IMG/VR virus record: IMGVR_UViG_3300021960_000065
Location: 2,565-66,564 of that record
Direction: 5' to 3' (one strand)
Length of the DNA stretch: 64,000 bases
Source of the DNA: a virus
Taxonomy: Duplodnaviria; Caudoviricetes
Part shown: piece by piece, positions 1-10,193 of the stretch
Position numbering within the stretch: the stretch's first letter is position 1
How the letters are laid out: each line of letters begins with the position of its first letter
Notes under the pieces: model-generated
What the model saw: the letters and a program-made list of their open reading frames with translations, nothing else
What the model was told of the DNA's origin: nothing
Database searches by the model: none
Made by a program: the position numbers and the translations under genes

Positions 1-441
1 GTAATTTGCCCGCCCCGACATTGACTGATATTTGGCTCGCAAATATCGCCCTCGTGAATGCGACCCCGTTTGATTCACACGAGATGAATTGATAGCGGAT
101 GCGATCATCATCGCCGCCTCCTTTGAACCCAAATCATAGGTTAGTGACGATGAGGCAGCACTCGCTGCCTCGCTCGCACGCTTCAAATCAATGACATAGA
201 AATTGTCACTGTTGCTATATGTGCCAACAGAATCGTTTGCCAAATTGGTTCGCACCAAAAAGTGCATACCGAGAGCGTTGCCACCACCCGCCCAAGTGAA
301 AGTGGTCGCATCTGTGTATTCGGTGTCAGGATAGGTGAAATGGAGGCTGAAATAGCCACTTGGGGGTCGTGCATCATCACTCCCCATAGTGCGTGTGTCG
401 GCAGGGTAATCCTGTCGCTTGAACGCGCTCACCTCAGCCAT
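1..441 (-). CDS. Tail/virion structural protein, runs off window edge (not in ORF track)
   Basis: ATG at 441, directly after the stop of the 1944-aa gene; frame MAEVSAFKRQDYPAD...EAAMMIASAINS... is open to position 1 (translated by hand). Confidence 0.75.
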   Translation of the reverse strand, partial: MAEVSAFKRQDYPADTRTMGSDDARPPSGYFSLHFTYPDTEYTDATTFTWAGGGNALGMHFLVRTNLANDSVGTYSNSDNFYVIDLKRASEAASAASSSLTYDLGSKEAAMMIASAINSSRVNQTGSHSRGRYLRAKYQSMSGRANY

Positions 442-442
442 G

Positions 443-3400
443 TCAATCCCACACCGTTAGAGCATTATACAATTCCGTCACTTCGTCAGCGGTAAAAGCC
501 TTTTTCCATAGAGCAATATCGGCAAGACCGCCCTTGAAATAAATTGGGTCTGTGTTGTTTGAAGCCCCACTGTGGTGTCGCCCGTAAAAATATGTCCCCG
601 ATACGCTGTAAGTGTGCAAAGCAGTGCCAATAGTGAGCATATTGGTATTCCTTCCATAGAACCCGCTTGAAAGGGCAACGCCCTTCTGCAAATCGTCATT
701 ATTGCTCAAAGCAACGATGTTTTTTGTCGTGAATGTGATAGCGGTTGCCGTCAAAGAGGCAACAACCCCAACCACATTCCCACTTGGGTCAAACACTGTA
801 TCACCGATGCTAAATTGTGTTGTGGCATCAACCGTATCAACAGCAATTGTGACATTTTCGCCCGCTGTATAACCACCCGTTTTGTTCACAAGAACCCCTG
901 ATGCTGTCACATGGGGAACACCAATGGCGGTGGGCAAATGTGGACTGTTTGCCGCTGTTCCGTTGCGGTATGAAGATGAATCAATGTTCCCTAATTGTGT
1001 CACGCTTGATGATGAAGCACTCAATTCTTGAACGCCATTTACAAACACAGAAGCGGATGGGTATGTTCCTGTTCTCGCCACTACAACATGATGCCATGCG
1101 TCTTTGGGCAAGGGTGCGAGAAGGGTGATTCTGTAATCGGATTGTGTCCCCAAAGACTGTGCCGTTCTCACCAAAATGATGACATCCATCATGTTTGGCA
1201 TCATCGCATTTTCTTTGGTTTCAATGCCCACGCCAAATGTCCCGTTGTTTGTGTCAATACCCTGAATGACAGGGCCATTCCCATAGGCTTCGCTTGTCCA
1301 TGAGCCTGTGTTGGGTTTAGCCGAGAACAAAAATGACACCGACCAATCGTCATTGACGGCATCAATGATGGGAACACGCAATTGTGGGTCTTGACCCATC
1401 CCTGCGGATTGTTTGTGAAGGGATATGGCGGCGTTGTTTGCTGTTGCTAAATCAAGTCCCTTTGATTCAGGATCAACGGTGATAGGTGCATCCGAAGCAT
1501 CAATAGCCGATGCTGAAAAATTGCCGTAGGCGAGCAATTTGCGACCAAAGAGGGTTTCAAGAACCAATTCTTTCCCATCTGTTCCGTGATTCGTGCTAAA
1601 TAGCCCACTTTCATTCAAGCGTGCATAGAACAAGCAATCGTTGTCCATCGTGTGTGCTAAATTGTCAGCAACGCCCGATGAAACGAGGGTGTATTTACCA
1701 TGCAATCCACGATATGTGTTTTCTTTGACGGTATCGCTATTCTTCAATTTAGTGAAATCCAACACCGCAGCGGATGTTTGAACCTCTTGGAGATTTTGAA
1801 AGCCACTATACCCCGTTGGGCCTTGCGAATAGTGGTGAGTGTAAAAATCGGAATAGTCGTTGTCCGTTCCATCGCTGATGTCAAAGACCGTTCCCGTGTG
1901 TCCACCACCAAAGAAGAGAATACCGTGTGCATCAGGCAAAGGATAAACGATTTTGATGACCGCCTCTTTGCTATTGCCATCACGATCCACAAACAATTCA
2001 GTCCACTTCTTTGTCAAGTCGTCATCAAGAGGTTTTACCGTTCCCAAGAAACAACACGCACCGACTCCATTTACACGACACTGTGTTGCCCCAATGTTCG
2101 CCACGATATTTTCAAAAGTCCCTATCAAAGCATCATCAACAACAATATAACCCGGATTTGAAGATGAGGTGTTTTGTGATAAACGGTTGATAGCATCCAA
2201 TGCCTTTCTTTCAACGGCAATATGCGGGAATGAATTTGTGTCATAAACAGGCCAAAAGTCACCATTCTTTTGACGAGCATTTTTGACCGATTTGATGATG
2301 AATTCGCTTCCGATTCCGTTGTAGGTTCGCAAATTACCGCCACCATCCTCCACCCGCCCGTGAACACCGCCCTGAAATGTGGTGATCGGAATGTGTGTTT
2401 CACCATCCATGCCCAACGGCAAAGGGGCAGCAAAGGATGAAGCCTGATATGACCGACTGTTTGTAGCCAACAGTCCACCGTGTCCTATTGCTTGAATAGG
2501 GCGATATGGATAAGGGCTATTGTTGTGAAGCCATAGGGCGAAATTGCGACCTGTTGCGCCCGGAACAGTGCTGTGTATAACAATAGATATGCCCGCTTCT
2601 CCATCACGGCTCTCCACTTCTTGTCCGATAAATGCACGCACATACCCCATGTGTGTTCCTGTGTCAAGACTTGACACTGTTTCTGTCCCATTGGTTTCGG
2701 TGAATAATTGTGGTGGATTAAAGCCACTTCCACCGTTGGTGTTCTTTGCATTGGGATGACCTGCTTGATTGATGAGTCGGATGATTTCATTGACACCTTC
2801 TTTGAAATTGCTGACATTTTTTGAATTGGCAACCGTTCCAAGGTTTATATGGAGTGGGCGAACATGGTCTAAAACATCATCATTACGCTTGCCTTTTAGT
2901 GCAAAATGACCTGTTCGGCATTCAACGGGCGGTTGAAGCGGGAAGTCGTCATCACCAAACAAATGGTTGCTCGGATCAAAAGAGAAGCCTTCCATCGTTG
3001 GCCCTTTGTTGATGAACAATCGTGAATCGTCTGTTGGGTCAATGCAAATTGCTGTTTTTGATAGTGTAGGATTGGCTGATGTTGAACGCCCCAAACACAA
3101 CGCATAGCGCATTGGGTCAATGAACGCTTGAGCCATCGTGCTATTGCTTGTTCCAACCGTAGCGGAGAAGCCCGTGAGTGCCTTGACTGTGCCGTTGTAA
3201 TGAAAATCATCATCCGATAGCCAACAGCCCATGACAACGGGCAAACCAATAATAAATTGGTCTTGCACTTCACTCAATGTTGCATTTTTGTCAGCCCAAT
3301 CGTGCCACGAATCAAAATATAAGCGGTGATTCAATCCTTCAATTGACACTTTATACACACGAACACGAATTCCGCCTGTGTCGTTTATCACGCCTTCTCC

Positions 3401-6277
3401 AACCGTGACAGCGAATCCGTTGTTATCGTTTGGTGTTGCACCCGCTGACCCAAACGACCAATACGGTGAACCCAACGGTGTATTATTCACCAATGCTTCG
3501 GGTATGCCTGTTTTGAGCGTAATGTTTGTTGTTGCCACGCTCGCCACAACGCCAAGAAGTGAACCTGTGTTGTGGTTATACACTTCGTCACCGGGTTTGA
3601 ATTTGATGGTGGCATCAACCGTATCAACCGTAAGGCTCGTTTGACCGATGGGATAGCCAACGAGAGCATTGATTAACACACCTGTGCTTGTGGTGTTAAA
3701 AGACGGAACAACAATACCGCTTTCTTGGATAAACGGTTGAACATCATCAACCTCAATGTAGGCATCCGTGTAGGCAGAACCTCCTGTGGCGGTGGTTTCT
3801 CCGCCTGAATATGTTCCCAATTTCAAATACGATGCTGCGTTTTCCCGCATGAAACGGATGATTGTTCGCCCCGCAACCATGTTGTAATTGTGGACTTTGA
3901 AGGATGAAACCTCCCCTCGCAACCCCCAATCAATTGCCCACCGATTCTCATAATTTTGCATCTGTGGGCGATTGACAGCCGACATGGTGCAATCAACAAC
4001 GATTTCCATTGACTTGTCACTTGGTAATGGACTCCTTCGGTATTCGCTCTCAGGCAAAATTTGCTCAATGTCATAGAACATTGAGGGAAACAACGGCAAT
4101 TCAACCAATGCCCTCGTTGATGCGTAATAGGTGGAGGTTTGCCTGTCGTTTCGCACTGATGGATTGTTTGTCCCAATCACCTTATCCTTCCACACAGGCA
4201 ATTTGCTGTGTTCTGTTCGCACAGGGGCGACATCAATACCGCCTTGACCCAAACCACCAAGCGTGATGCTCACGGTTGGCGATCCCAAATCACCGATTTC
4301 TTTGATTGGGAAACCTTCATTCAGATCAAAATCCCTTTCGCTGATTTTGTCGGTTATGTCAATCAATTGTGAACGACCACGAAGGGCTACACCCCCACTT
4401 GACATATCGCCACTCACAGGATTGATTTCCTCAACACGCCCTCGCATTAAGGTCATTTCAATTGTGCAATTGTGATATGAATTGACTCCGTTTTGCTGAG
4501 TGTAAATGGTGTTGAGGGTCTTTGTTCTGTTCCTGTTTGACGGATGGATTAACAACAAATGACGGTCAGCCTCAAGGATGTTATCAATGATGTCAAATTG
4601 TTCATAATTGACAGGTTGCATGAATGGGTTGTCATTGTCGGTGATTATGTCTTTGTTTTTGTTTGATGATTGAATGGTGACGGTGTGATAAATGCTGTCG
4701 TTTTTGTCAGTGATTGAGCGTGTATTGCTGATAGCAATTGGAGAACCATAACCATCGTCACGGATGCGGTTGCCCGCAATCGTTTCTTGGATAATAGTGT
4801 GAGCGCAATTTTCAACATTGACAAATGGCGAAATTGCCAAATCTCCTGTGGGATTTGCTCGCAACGAGTGGTTGGTTAAACCCGATTGAAAATCCTTTGA
4901 GGGTATAGTGATGAGTCCACCCGGTGCGTGCAGGGTGAGAGCATCCCATGTGGGTGGTGAACCGAATTGGTTGGCTGTGTAGGGTCGCCTAATCCAATCC
5001 AAAATAGACCGATACACAGGATAGCCATTGGAGTTATCAACAAACACCGTGTTGGTGTCGGGCATGGTTTTTTCAACAACCAACCAACCTTTCTTTGACA
5101 TGGTGTTAATGCCGTCAATGTCGTTTCGGTATGTTTGAGCATGGGATGCGGGGGTGAACCACGAATTGTTGCCTTTCCAACCTGCAACCAATTCACCCGT
5201 TGGATCAATGGCGTTGTAATAGATGAGGATTTGCGGTGGCCCTCCTGCATCACGCAGGGCTTGAGGGGTTTCCAATACAGCGATTCGGCTCTCCTTCTCA
5301 GGAGTGACATGGCGAACATAATTTTCGTTGGTTGGCTTGGTTGGGTCAATCATGTCAAACAAAGCATCCTCATCGGTGTCCAAGCCTTTCAATGAGAACG
5401 GGCGAATGTCCTCCACAGCGATAGCCACCATCGTGTCCTGTGACGATGACACTACATTCCCATAGGTCGTGTCAATGAAAGAATTGCCACCTTGAGCGAC
5501 AATAGCGTGCTTAACGATGCTCGTGCTGACTGTTGTATATGTGCTGACTCGTGATGAGGTTTGCACATTCAGTGCTTCGCCAACAAACACACGCTCGGTC
5601 ACTTTGATTTTTTCATTTTGAGTCACCAATGTTTTCGCATACGGATCTTCATATTGGCTTTCAAATTGGTCGGCTAACCCTTGAACAGTGCGCTTGACGG
5701 ACTCAATTTTCGGTTGAGGCAATTGCTTCAAGAAGAAGTGACCCTCCACACGATTGTAGGTTGTCAAACCACACATACCCGCAATATCCGCCGTTGGCTC
5801 AATCACATTACCCGATACCGATGCAAATTCATCACCCGTTGCAGGTGGGTTGCCACTTCCGAGAATTGTGATGGATGGCACACCGTTGAACGCATCGGTA
5901 ATATCGCCCGATGAAAGAATGGTTGAGCCACCATTTGCATTGAGAATGAAATAATCATCCAAATCGCTGACTGTGTGCGATGGTGGTTGGGGTGGGGCGA
6001 GAATGTTAGAACCGAAATTCGCCAACATAGAGGCTTGTAATGCTGCACCTGTCGCTAACCCCTTTGTCACAAGCCAACGGATTGTGTGATAAGCCGAAAT
6101 CGCTGCATCATTTTGAAAAATTTCAATTGGTGGGCCTGAATAGCCGGGAAGAATCGGCACGAGCGTAATCGGCCCACCCTGAGCCAAATTGTTCACGGCA
6201 TTCGTCAATTCCGTAGTCGCTGTTGCCGAATCGGTGGCGATGGCTGTGAGGATGAGTGGTTCTGTCAATTCAGTCAT
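443..6277 (-). CDS. Large tail-tip/adhesin protein (1944 aa) with C-terminal LamG/concanavalin-like domain
   Basis: C-terminal WHHVVVAR...VFVNG...FKGGLADIALWKKAFTADEVTELYN is LamG-like; hub-like LMRGRVEEI..VALRGRS segment; lies downstream of the tape measure gene. Confidence 0.7.
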   Translation of the reverse strand: MTELTEPLILTAIATDSATATTELTNAVNNLAQGGPITLVPILPGYSGPPIEIFQNDAAISAYHTIRWLVTKGLATGAALQASMLANFGSNILAPPQPPSHTVSDLDDYFILNANGGSTILSSGDITDAFNGVPSITILGSGNPPATGDEFASVSGNVIEPTADIAGMCGLTTYNRVEGHFFLKQLPQPKIESVKRTVQGLADQFESQYEDPYAKTLVTQNEKIKVTERVFVGEALNVQTSSRVSTYTTVSTSIVKHAIVAQGGNSFIDTTYGNVVSSSQDTMVAIAVEDIRPFSLKGLDTDEDALFDMIDPTKPTNENYVRHVTPEKESRIAVLETPQALRDAGGPPQILIYYNAIDPTGELVAGWKGNNSWFTPASHAQTYRNDIDGINTMSKKGWLVVEKTMPDTNTVFVDNSNGYPVYRSILDWIRRPYTANQFGSPPTWDALTLHAPGGLITIPSKDFQSGLTNHSLRANPTGDLAISPFVNVENCAHTIIQETIAGNRIRDDGYGSPIAISNTRSITDKNDSIYHTVTIQSSNKNKDIITDNDNPFMQPVNYEQFDIIDNILEADRHLLLIHPSNRNRTKTLNTIYTQQNGVNSYHNCTIEMTLMRGRVEEINPVSGDMSSGGVALRGRSQLIDITDKISERDFDLNEGFPIKEIGDLGSPTVSITLGGLGQGGIDVAPVRTEHSKLPVWKDKVIGTNNPSVRNDRQTSTYYASTRALVELPLFPSMFYDIEQILPESEYRRSPLPSDKSMEIVVDCTMSAVNRPQMQNYENRWAIDWGLRGEVSSFKVHNYNMVAGRTIIRFMRENAASYLKLGTYSGGETTATGGSAYTDAYIEVDDVQPFIQESGIVVPSFNTTSTGVLINALVGYPIGQTSLTVDTVDATIKFKPGDEVYNHNTGSLLGVVASVATTNITLKTGIPEALVNNTPLGSPYWSFGSAGATPNDNNGFAVTVGEGVINDTGGIRVRVYKVSIEGLNHRLYFDSWHDWADKNATLSEVQDQFIIGLPVVMGCWLSDDDFHYNGTVKALTGFSATVGTSNSTMAQAFIDPMRYALCLGRSTSANPTLSKTAICIDPTDDSRLFINKGPTMEGFSFDPSNHLFGDDDFPLQPPVECRTGHFALKGKRNDDVLDHVRPLHINLGTVANSKNVSNFKEGVNEIIRLINQAGHPNAKNTNGGSGFNPPQLFTETNGTETVSSLDTGTHMGYVRAFIGQEVESRDGEAGISIVIHSTVPGATGRNFALWLHNNSPYPYRPIQAIGHGGLLATNSRSYQASSFAAPLPLGMDGETHIPITTFQGGVHGRVEDGGGNLRTYNGIGSEFIIKSVKNARQKNGDFWPVYDTNSFPHIAVERKALDAINRLSQNTSSSNPGYIVVDDALIGTFENIVANIGATQCRVNGVGACCFLGTVKPLDDDLTKKWTELFVDRDGNSKEAVIKIVYPLPDAHGILFFGGGHTGTVFDISDGTDNDYSDFYTHHYSQGPTGYSGFQNLQEVQTSAAVLDFTKLKNSDTVKENTYRGLHGKYTLVSSGVADNLAHTMDNDCLFYARLNESGLFSTNHGTDGKELVLETLFGRKLLAYGNFSASAIDASDAPITVDPESKGLDLATANNAAISLHKQSAGMGQDPQLRVPIIDAVNDDWSVSFLFSAKPNTGSWTSEAYGNGPVIQGIDTNNGTFGVGIETKENAMMPNMMDVIILVRTAQSLGTQSDYRITLLAPLPKDAWHHVVVARTGTYPSASVFVNGVQELSASSSSVTQLGNIDSSSYRNGTAANSPHLPTAIGVPHVTASGVLVNKTGGYTAGENVTIAVDTVDATTQFSIGDTVFDPSGNVVGVVASLTATAITFTTKNIVALSNNDDLQKGVALSSGFYGRNTNMLTIGTALHTYSVSGTYFYGRHHSGASNNTDPIYFKGGLADIALWKKAFTADEVTELYNALTVWD

Positions 6278-6280
6278 TCA

Positions 6281-8929
6281 TCACACCCCATACCTGTCCT
6301 CAAACCACTGCACAACATCGTCATGCTCGGAGGTGCTTAGGTGCTTTGGATAAATAAGCACTTCATGGACAATGAAGCCGTTTTGAGCCATGTTGTTGAT
6401 GGCGTTTGTCCCCGCACCGCTTGAAGTCATTTCACCAAACAATTCAACCCCACCCGTTTGGGCGGCGGTGTCATCAAAAATGATAGCGGGTGTCGGATTC
6501 CAATACGCATTGGATGTGTCACTTGAAGCACCACGATCTGACCGCACAAGCATATCAATTGTCAATGATGCCGATTGCTTTGTCCTAACGGCAACCAAAA
6601 CAGGCGTTCCTGCGGTTGGTGACGAACCGTGAGTGACGAGTGATGCGGTGTCACTGTCAGCGGTCATTTGTGATGAACCATTGTTCAAACGGATAACGAG
6701 TCCGTCATTTGACTCGGAGTGAATCAAGCCCAATGGGTCACTCCCGTATGCTGATGGTGTCACCACGAAATAGAATGAGTGGTCGCCATTAGTCATGCTT
6801 GGCCCTCCCGAATAGAGAACACTTGGATGATCAGCACCAATTGCCTTTGAAGTGATTGATGCGTGATGGTTGATTCTTGAAGTCCCTGTGTTTCCAAAGC
6901 CGTTCACCCACGACGACCCCTTGTAATATGTCACGCCTGTTGGATAGTCGGGGATAATGACACCCGATTGAATGGTTGGCGTGCCACCCGGCCACATATA
7001 CGGGCCACTTGGGTTTTGAACGACTTCGCTGATGCTCACAGCAACCAAGCCTGAACGGTTATTCGCACTCCCGCAATTCTCTTTCCAACGCCACCCGTTG
7101 CCCCACGAATAAAAGTGATAATTCGTTCCTGCACTCGTGGTTGGGCCACCTCGTGCTTTGTTTTTCCACCAAAATACAAATTCATCGTTGGTGACAACAG
7201 CCGTTGCGTCATCACGCAACAATTGGCTTTTGTCATTGGCATCAAGCCAAACCAACAAATCGTTGCCGTGAGGCGGTTCAATGTCAGCCTGTGTCCCCGA
7301 AACCGTGTGCAATTTGTTTTTCATTTCATCAGTCAAACGAGCCTTGCGTGAAATCCAATAGGCATCGTTGCCCAAACCTGTGCGGTCTGTGAAGCGTTGA
7401 TTTTGACTGAATCGCGCACGAGTCATTTGTCCTTTTGGTCGGCTTCCCTGTTTGCCGGGGTCAATCACCAAATCACCGTTGCCGAGTGTGAACCAAACAG
7501 GCGTATTGTCCGAATGCTCAAACAAAAATCCCTGTGTGGTTGGTTCAGCCGTATCACCCGACAGCATGGTGGATTGCACTACAACACAAGGGGGTCGGCC
7601 CAACGAATTGTTGCCCTGAAAGTCAATAGCAACAATACGCATACGCTCAATTGGGTTTGCCATTGGGTCAAGGTTAATTCCGCCTTCGGGTGAATAGGGG
7701 GCGGTATCGCTCTCACGATAATACGAGAATGGCGAAACACTCCCACCCGTCACAGGATTAGTGCCTGACGCATTGACGATGGCGTTGAGGTTTGATACGG
7801 GGATGCCATCGGAGTGATAGGTGGCGTTGGTGATGGTTGATGAAATGTCCAACAGCCCACTATCCCACCATGATTGAAACGGCAATTCATTGATTGGGAC
7901 AGAAAGAATGTGCGATGCGAGCATTTCCAAAGCCGTAGCCCTGTCCTCAACGCCCGCAATAACGCTGTCAGGGAAGTCACGGATGCGAAAATATCCGTAT
8001 TTGTAGCCACTCGCCAAGTTAAGCGGATGTCCACTCGCTGTGGTGACAGCACCACCCGGATCAATGTTTGTAAAATCGTAGCCAATGCACACCATCGGTA
8101 TGGGCATCAAGCCGTCTGTGTGTTTGCCCACACCGTCTTTACCTTGATGCGGATGGGCGGGGTTCTTGTTGTTGAAGAAATACAATTGTGGTATGTCATC
8201 CTCATCCTCAAAATCCCAAAGCCCCACCGTGTCGGGCGTTGCTGTCAAGGGCTTCACGATTGGGTCAATTGCACCCCTGCTTATTCGCACGCTTTCAATA
8301 ACCCCCCGATATTCCCCTCCTTCACCACCAATGAACAAGTCGGATGAACCTGCTTTGATGAGCCGTTCATCACCACCAAAGTCCTGTTCGGCGGCGAGGT
8401 TGCCGTTGATGAAAATTGACATTTTCTTGGAGGTGAATTGAGCATTGACATAAACCAATTCACGAGAGGACAGTGCTAAATCGTGAGGCTTTGATTGTCC
8501 ATCGGTATATGTCCCCCACGATACCTGTTCCGTTGGGACATTGAAATCGGTGCTAAGTCTTTCACTCGTTGTCCGTGTTTCAACATCAAACACCACAGGT
8601 GCGGGTTGAAATGGCTCGCCCACTTTGAGTGTGAATGCGTTTGGTTTGCGAACAATAACGCCACCGTGATCGGGAATGACAAACGCCTCAATGGTGAATG
8701 CACCGATGAGGTTGTTGAGTCCGTTGTTTTCCATTGGGAAATGCCGTCTGCCTATTTTCGGCTCATCGCTCTCATAGACCGACACTTTGTTGGTTGCCCC
8801 TGTCTTTTCACTGTGGCTGTTTGGGAATAAATCAACACCGCTTTCACGGAACGCACCCGTAGGCACAACCATCCCATCGGTATAGCCATTTAGCCTCACG
8901 GCTTTTGAATAGACCTTGCGGAGAGGCAT
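6281..8929 (-). CDS. Tail protein with two LamG-like domains; probable start MPLRKV at 8929
   Basis: FTIEAFV...LFIGG..EYRGVIESVRIS..TVGLWDF and LLVWLDAND...VHEVLIYPKHLS..V.QWF..RYG; upstream extension overlaps the previous gene. Confidence 0.7.
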   Translation of the reverse strand: MPLRKVYSKAVRLNGYTDGMVVPTGAFRESGVDLFPNSHSEKTGATNKVSVYESDEPKIGRRHFPMENNGLNNLIGAFTIEAFVIPDHGGVIVRKPNAFTLKVGEPFQPAPVVFDVETRTTSERLSTDFNVPTEQVSWGTYTDGQSKPHDLALSSRELVYVNAQFTSKKMSIFINGNLAAEQDFGGDERLIKAGSSDLFIGGEGGEYRGVIESVRISRGAIDPIVKPLTATPDTVGLWDFEDEDDIPQLYFFNNKNPAHPHQGKDGVGKHTDGLMPIPMVCIGYDFTNIDPGGAVTTASGHPLNLASGYKYGYFRIRDFPDSVIAGVEDRATALEMLASHILSVPINELPFQSWWDSGLLDISSTITNATYHSDGIPVSNLNAIVNASGTNPVTGGSVSPFSYYRESDTAPYSPEGGINLDPMANPIERMRIVAIDFQGNNSLGRPPCVVVQSTMLSGDTAEPTTQGFLFEHSDNTPVWFTLGNGDLVIDPGKQGSRPKGQMTRARFSQNQRFTDRTGLGNDAYWISRKARLTDEMKNKLHTVSGTQADIEPPHGNDLLVWLDANDKSQLLRDDATAVVTNDEFVFWWKNKARGGPTTSAGTNYHFYSWGNGWRWKENCGSANNRSGLVAVSISEVVQNPSGPYMWPGGTPTIQSGVIIPDYPTGVTYYKGSSWVNGFGNTGTSRINHHASITSKAIGADHPSVLYSGGPSMTNGDHSFYFVVTPSAYGSDPLGLIHSESNDGLVIRLNNGSSQMTADSDTASLVTHGSSPTAGTPVLVAVRTKQSASLTIDMLVRSDRGASSDTSNAYWNPTPAIIFDDTAAQTGGVELFGEMTSSGAGTNAINNMAQNGFIVHEVLIYPKHLSTSEHDDVVQWFEDRYGV

Positions 8930-8930
8930 A

Positions 8931-10193
8931 TCAAATCCCCAACAATTGTTCCGCTGCCGCAAATTCCAAGTCGTAATTCCAAACAGAATCGCCCGCTTCG
9001 TAGGTTGCCGTGAATTTTTGAACGACACCGCTGATGGCGACACCTTGACGAAGATACGGGTTGGGGCGAACAATTTCCCCTGAAATGTTATCAACGGGGT
9101 CAAATGCACCCGTGTTTTTGACAGCCGAGAAGTCTGTTCCCGGCCCTGTCGGAATGACGAATTGACGCAATTCTCGCATATCCACATTGGATGAAATCAG
9201 CGATTCGTATGGGATTCGCAACCCAACGATATATTTCTTCACGGACTCCGCTTGATCAATGCGAAGCAATTTGCCCACATCAAACGAAGCGAGCGAATCA
9301 GGCATTTCAATCAAATCGCCTGTGAATGACTGTGGGTTGATAAGACCACCACCCGCTGATGCGTTCACGGTCATGTTGAGCAAATCCTGCACCTTGTCAC
9401 CCCGTGTCATGCGAACACCCGACACCCCATTAACAAACGAGGCGGATGAGAAGAAAGAATGCGACCAATCAGCGTTCCCACTAACGACCAAATCACCCTG
9501 TTTCGTCAATGGTGTATTGCCGTCAGCACTCTTGATAATGTTGGTGAGTGTCACCCTTTCCCCTGTCAAAGTGCCGACCCCTTGATGTGAACCACTGTTC
9601 ACCTTATCGCCCGCACTTTGTGATATGGTGAAAATATCCGTGATGGCGGTTGTGGCCGCATTGACTTTGACTGATGCACCGTTTAGTGCTGTGACAATTG
9701 CATCAGCGATTTCTTCTGTGTTGGCGAGGCTCGCAGGAACATAAACCGGGATGATGCTTTTCGTGGCAACCGTAGCCGAAGGCACACCCGTTTGATAAAA
9801 CCGCAGGGTAATGTTCTCTCCCAAATCAGCCGTCACTTGACCTGACGATTTAAAAACGAATTCTTTGCCATGCAACGCATCTGTGATGGCGTTCATTGTG
9901 TTTCTTCCTTGAGCCTGTTGTTGCTTGAACCAAGAGTCGTAAAGCCCTGTGGCTCGTGATAAATCAAGGACAGCCGTAGCACCAACCGCACTTGATGCCA
10001 CATTATCATCGGTGAGAATGCCTTTGATGCCAATGCTGAATCGGTTGTCATTCATGTCAAACGCTGCACGCACACCTGCAATCGGAATGGGCCACACTTG
10101 AACACCACGAAGCACATCAAAGGCAACGGAGGTTGCTTCCAATTCAATGATTTTACCGTCACGCCTAATCAATTGAATCATTGGCATAATCAA
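8931..10193 (-). CDS. Distal tail/baseplate protein (Dit-like position)
   Basis: Directly after the tape measure gene; beta-rich termini (ISGVVQKFTATYEAG..WNYDLEF). Confidence 0.55.
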   Translation of the reverse strand: MIMPMIQLIRRDGKIIELEATSVAFDVLRGVQVWPIPIAGVRAAFDMNDNRFSIGIKGILTDDNVASSAVGATAVLDLSRATGLYDSWFKQQQAQGRNTMNAITDALHGKEFVFKSSGQVTADLGENITLRFYQTGVPSATVATKSIIPVYVPASLANTEEIADAIVTALNGASVKVNAATTAITDIFTISQSAGDKVNSGSHQGVGTLTGERVTLTNIIKSADGNTPLTKQGDLVVSGNADWSHSFFSSASFVNGVSGVRMTRGDKVQDLLNMTVNASAGGGLINPQSFTGDLIEMPDSLASFDVGKLLRIDQAESVKKYIVGLRIPYESLISSNVDMRELRQFVIPTGPGTDFSAVKNTGAFDPVDNISGEIVRPNPYLRQGVAISGVVQKFTATYEAGDSVWNYDLEFAAAEQLLGI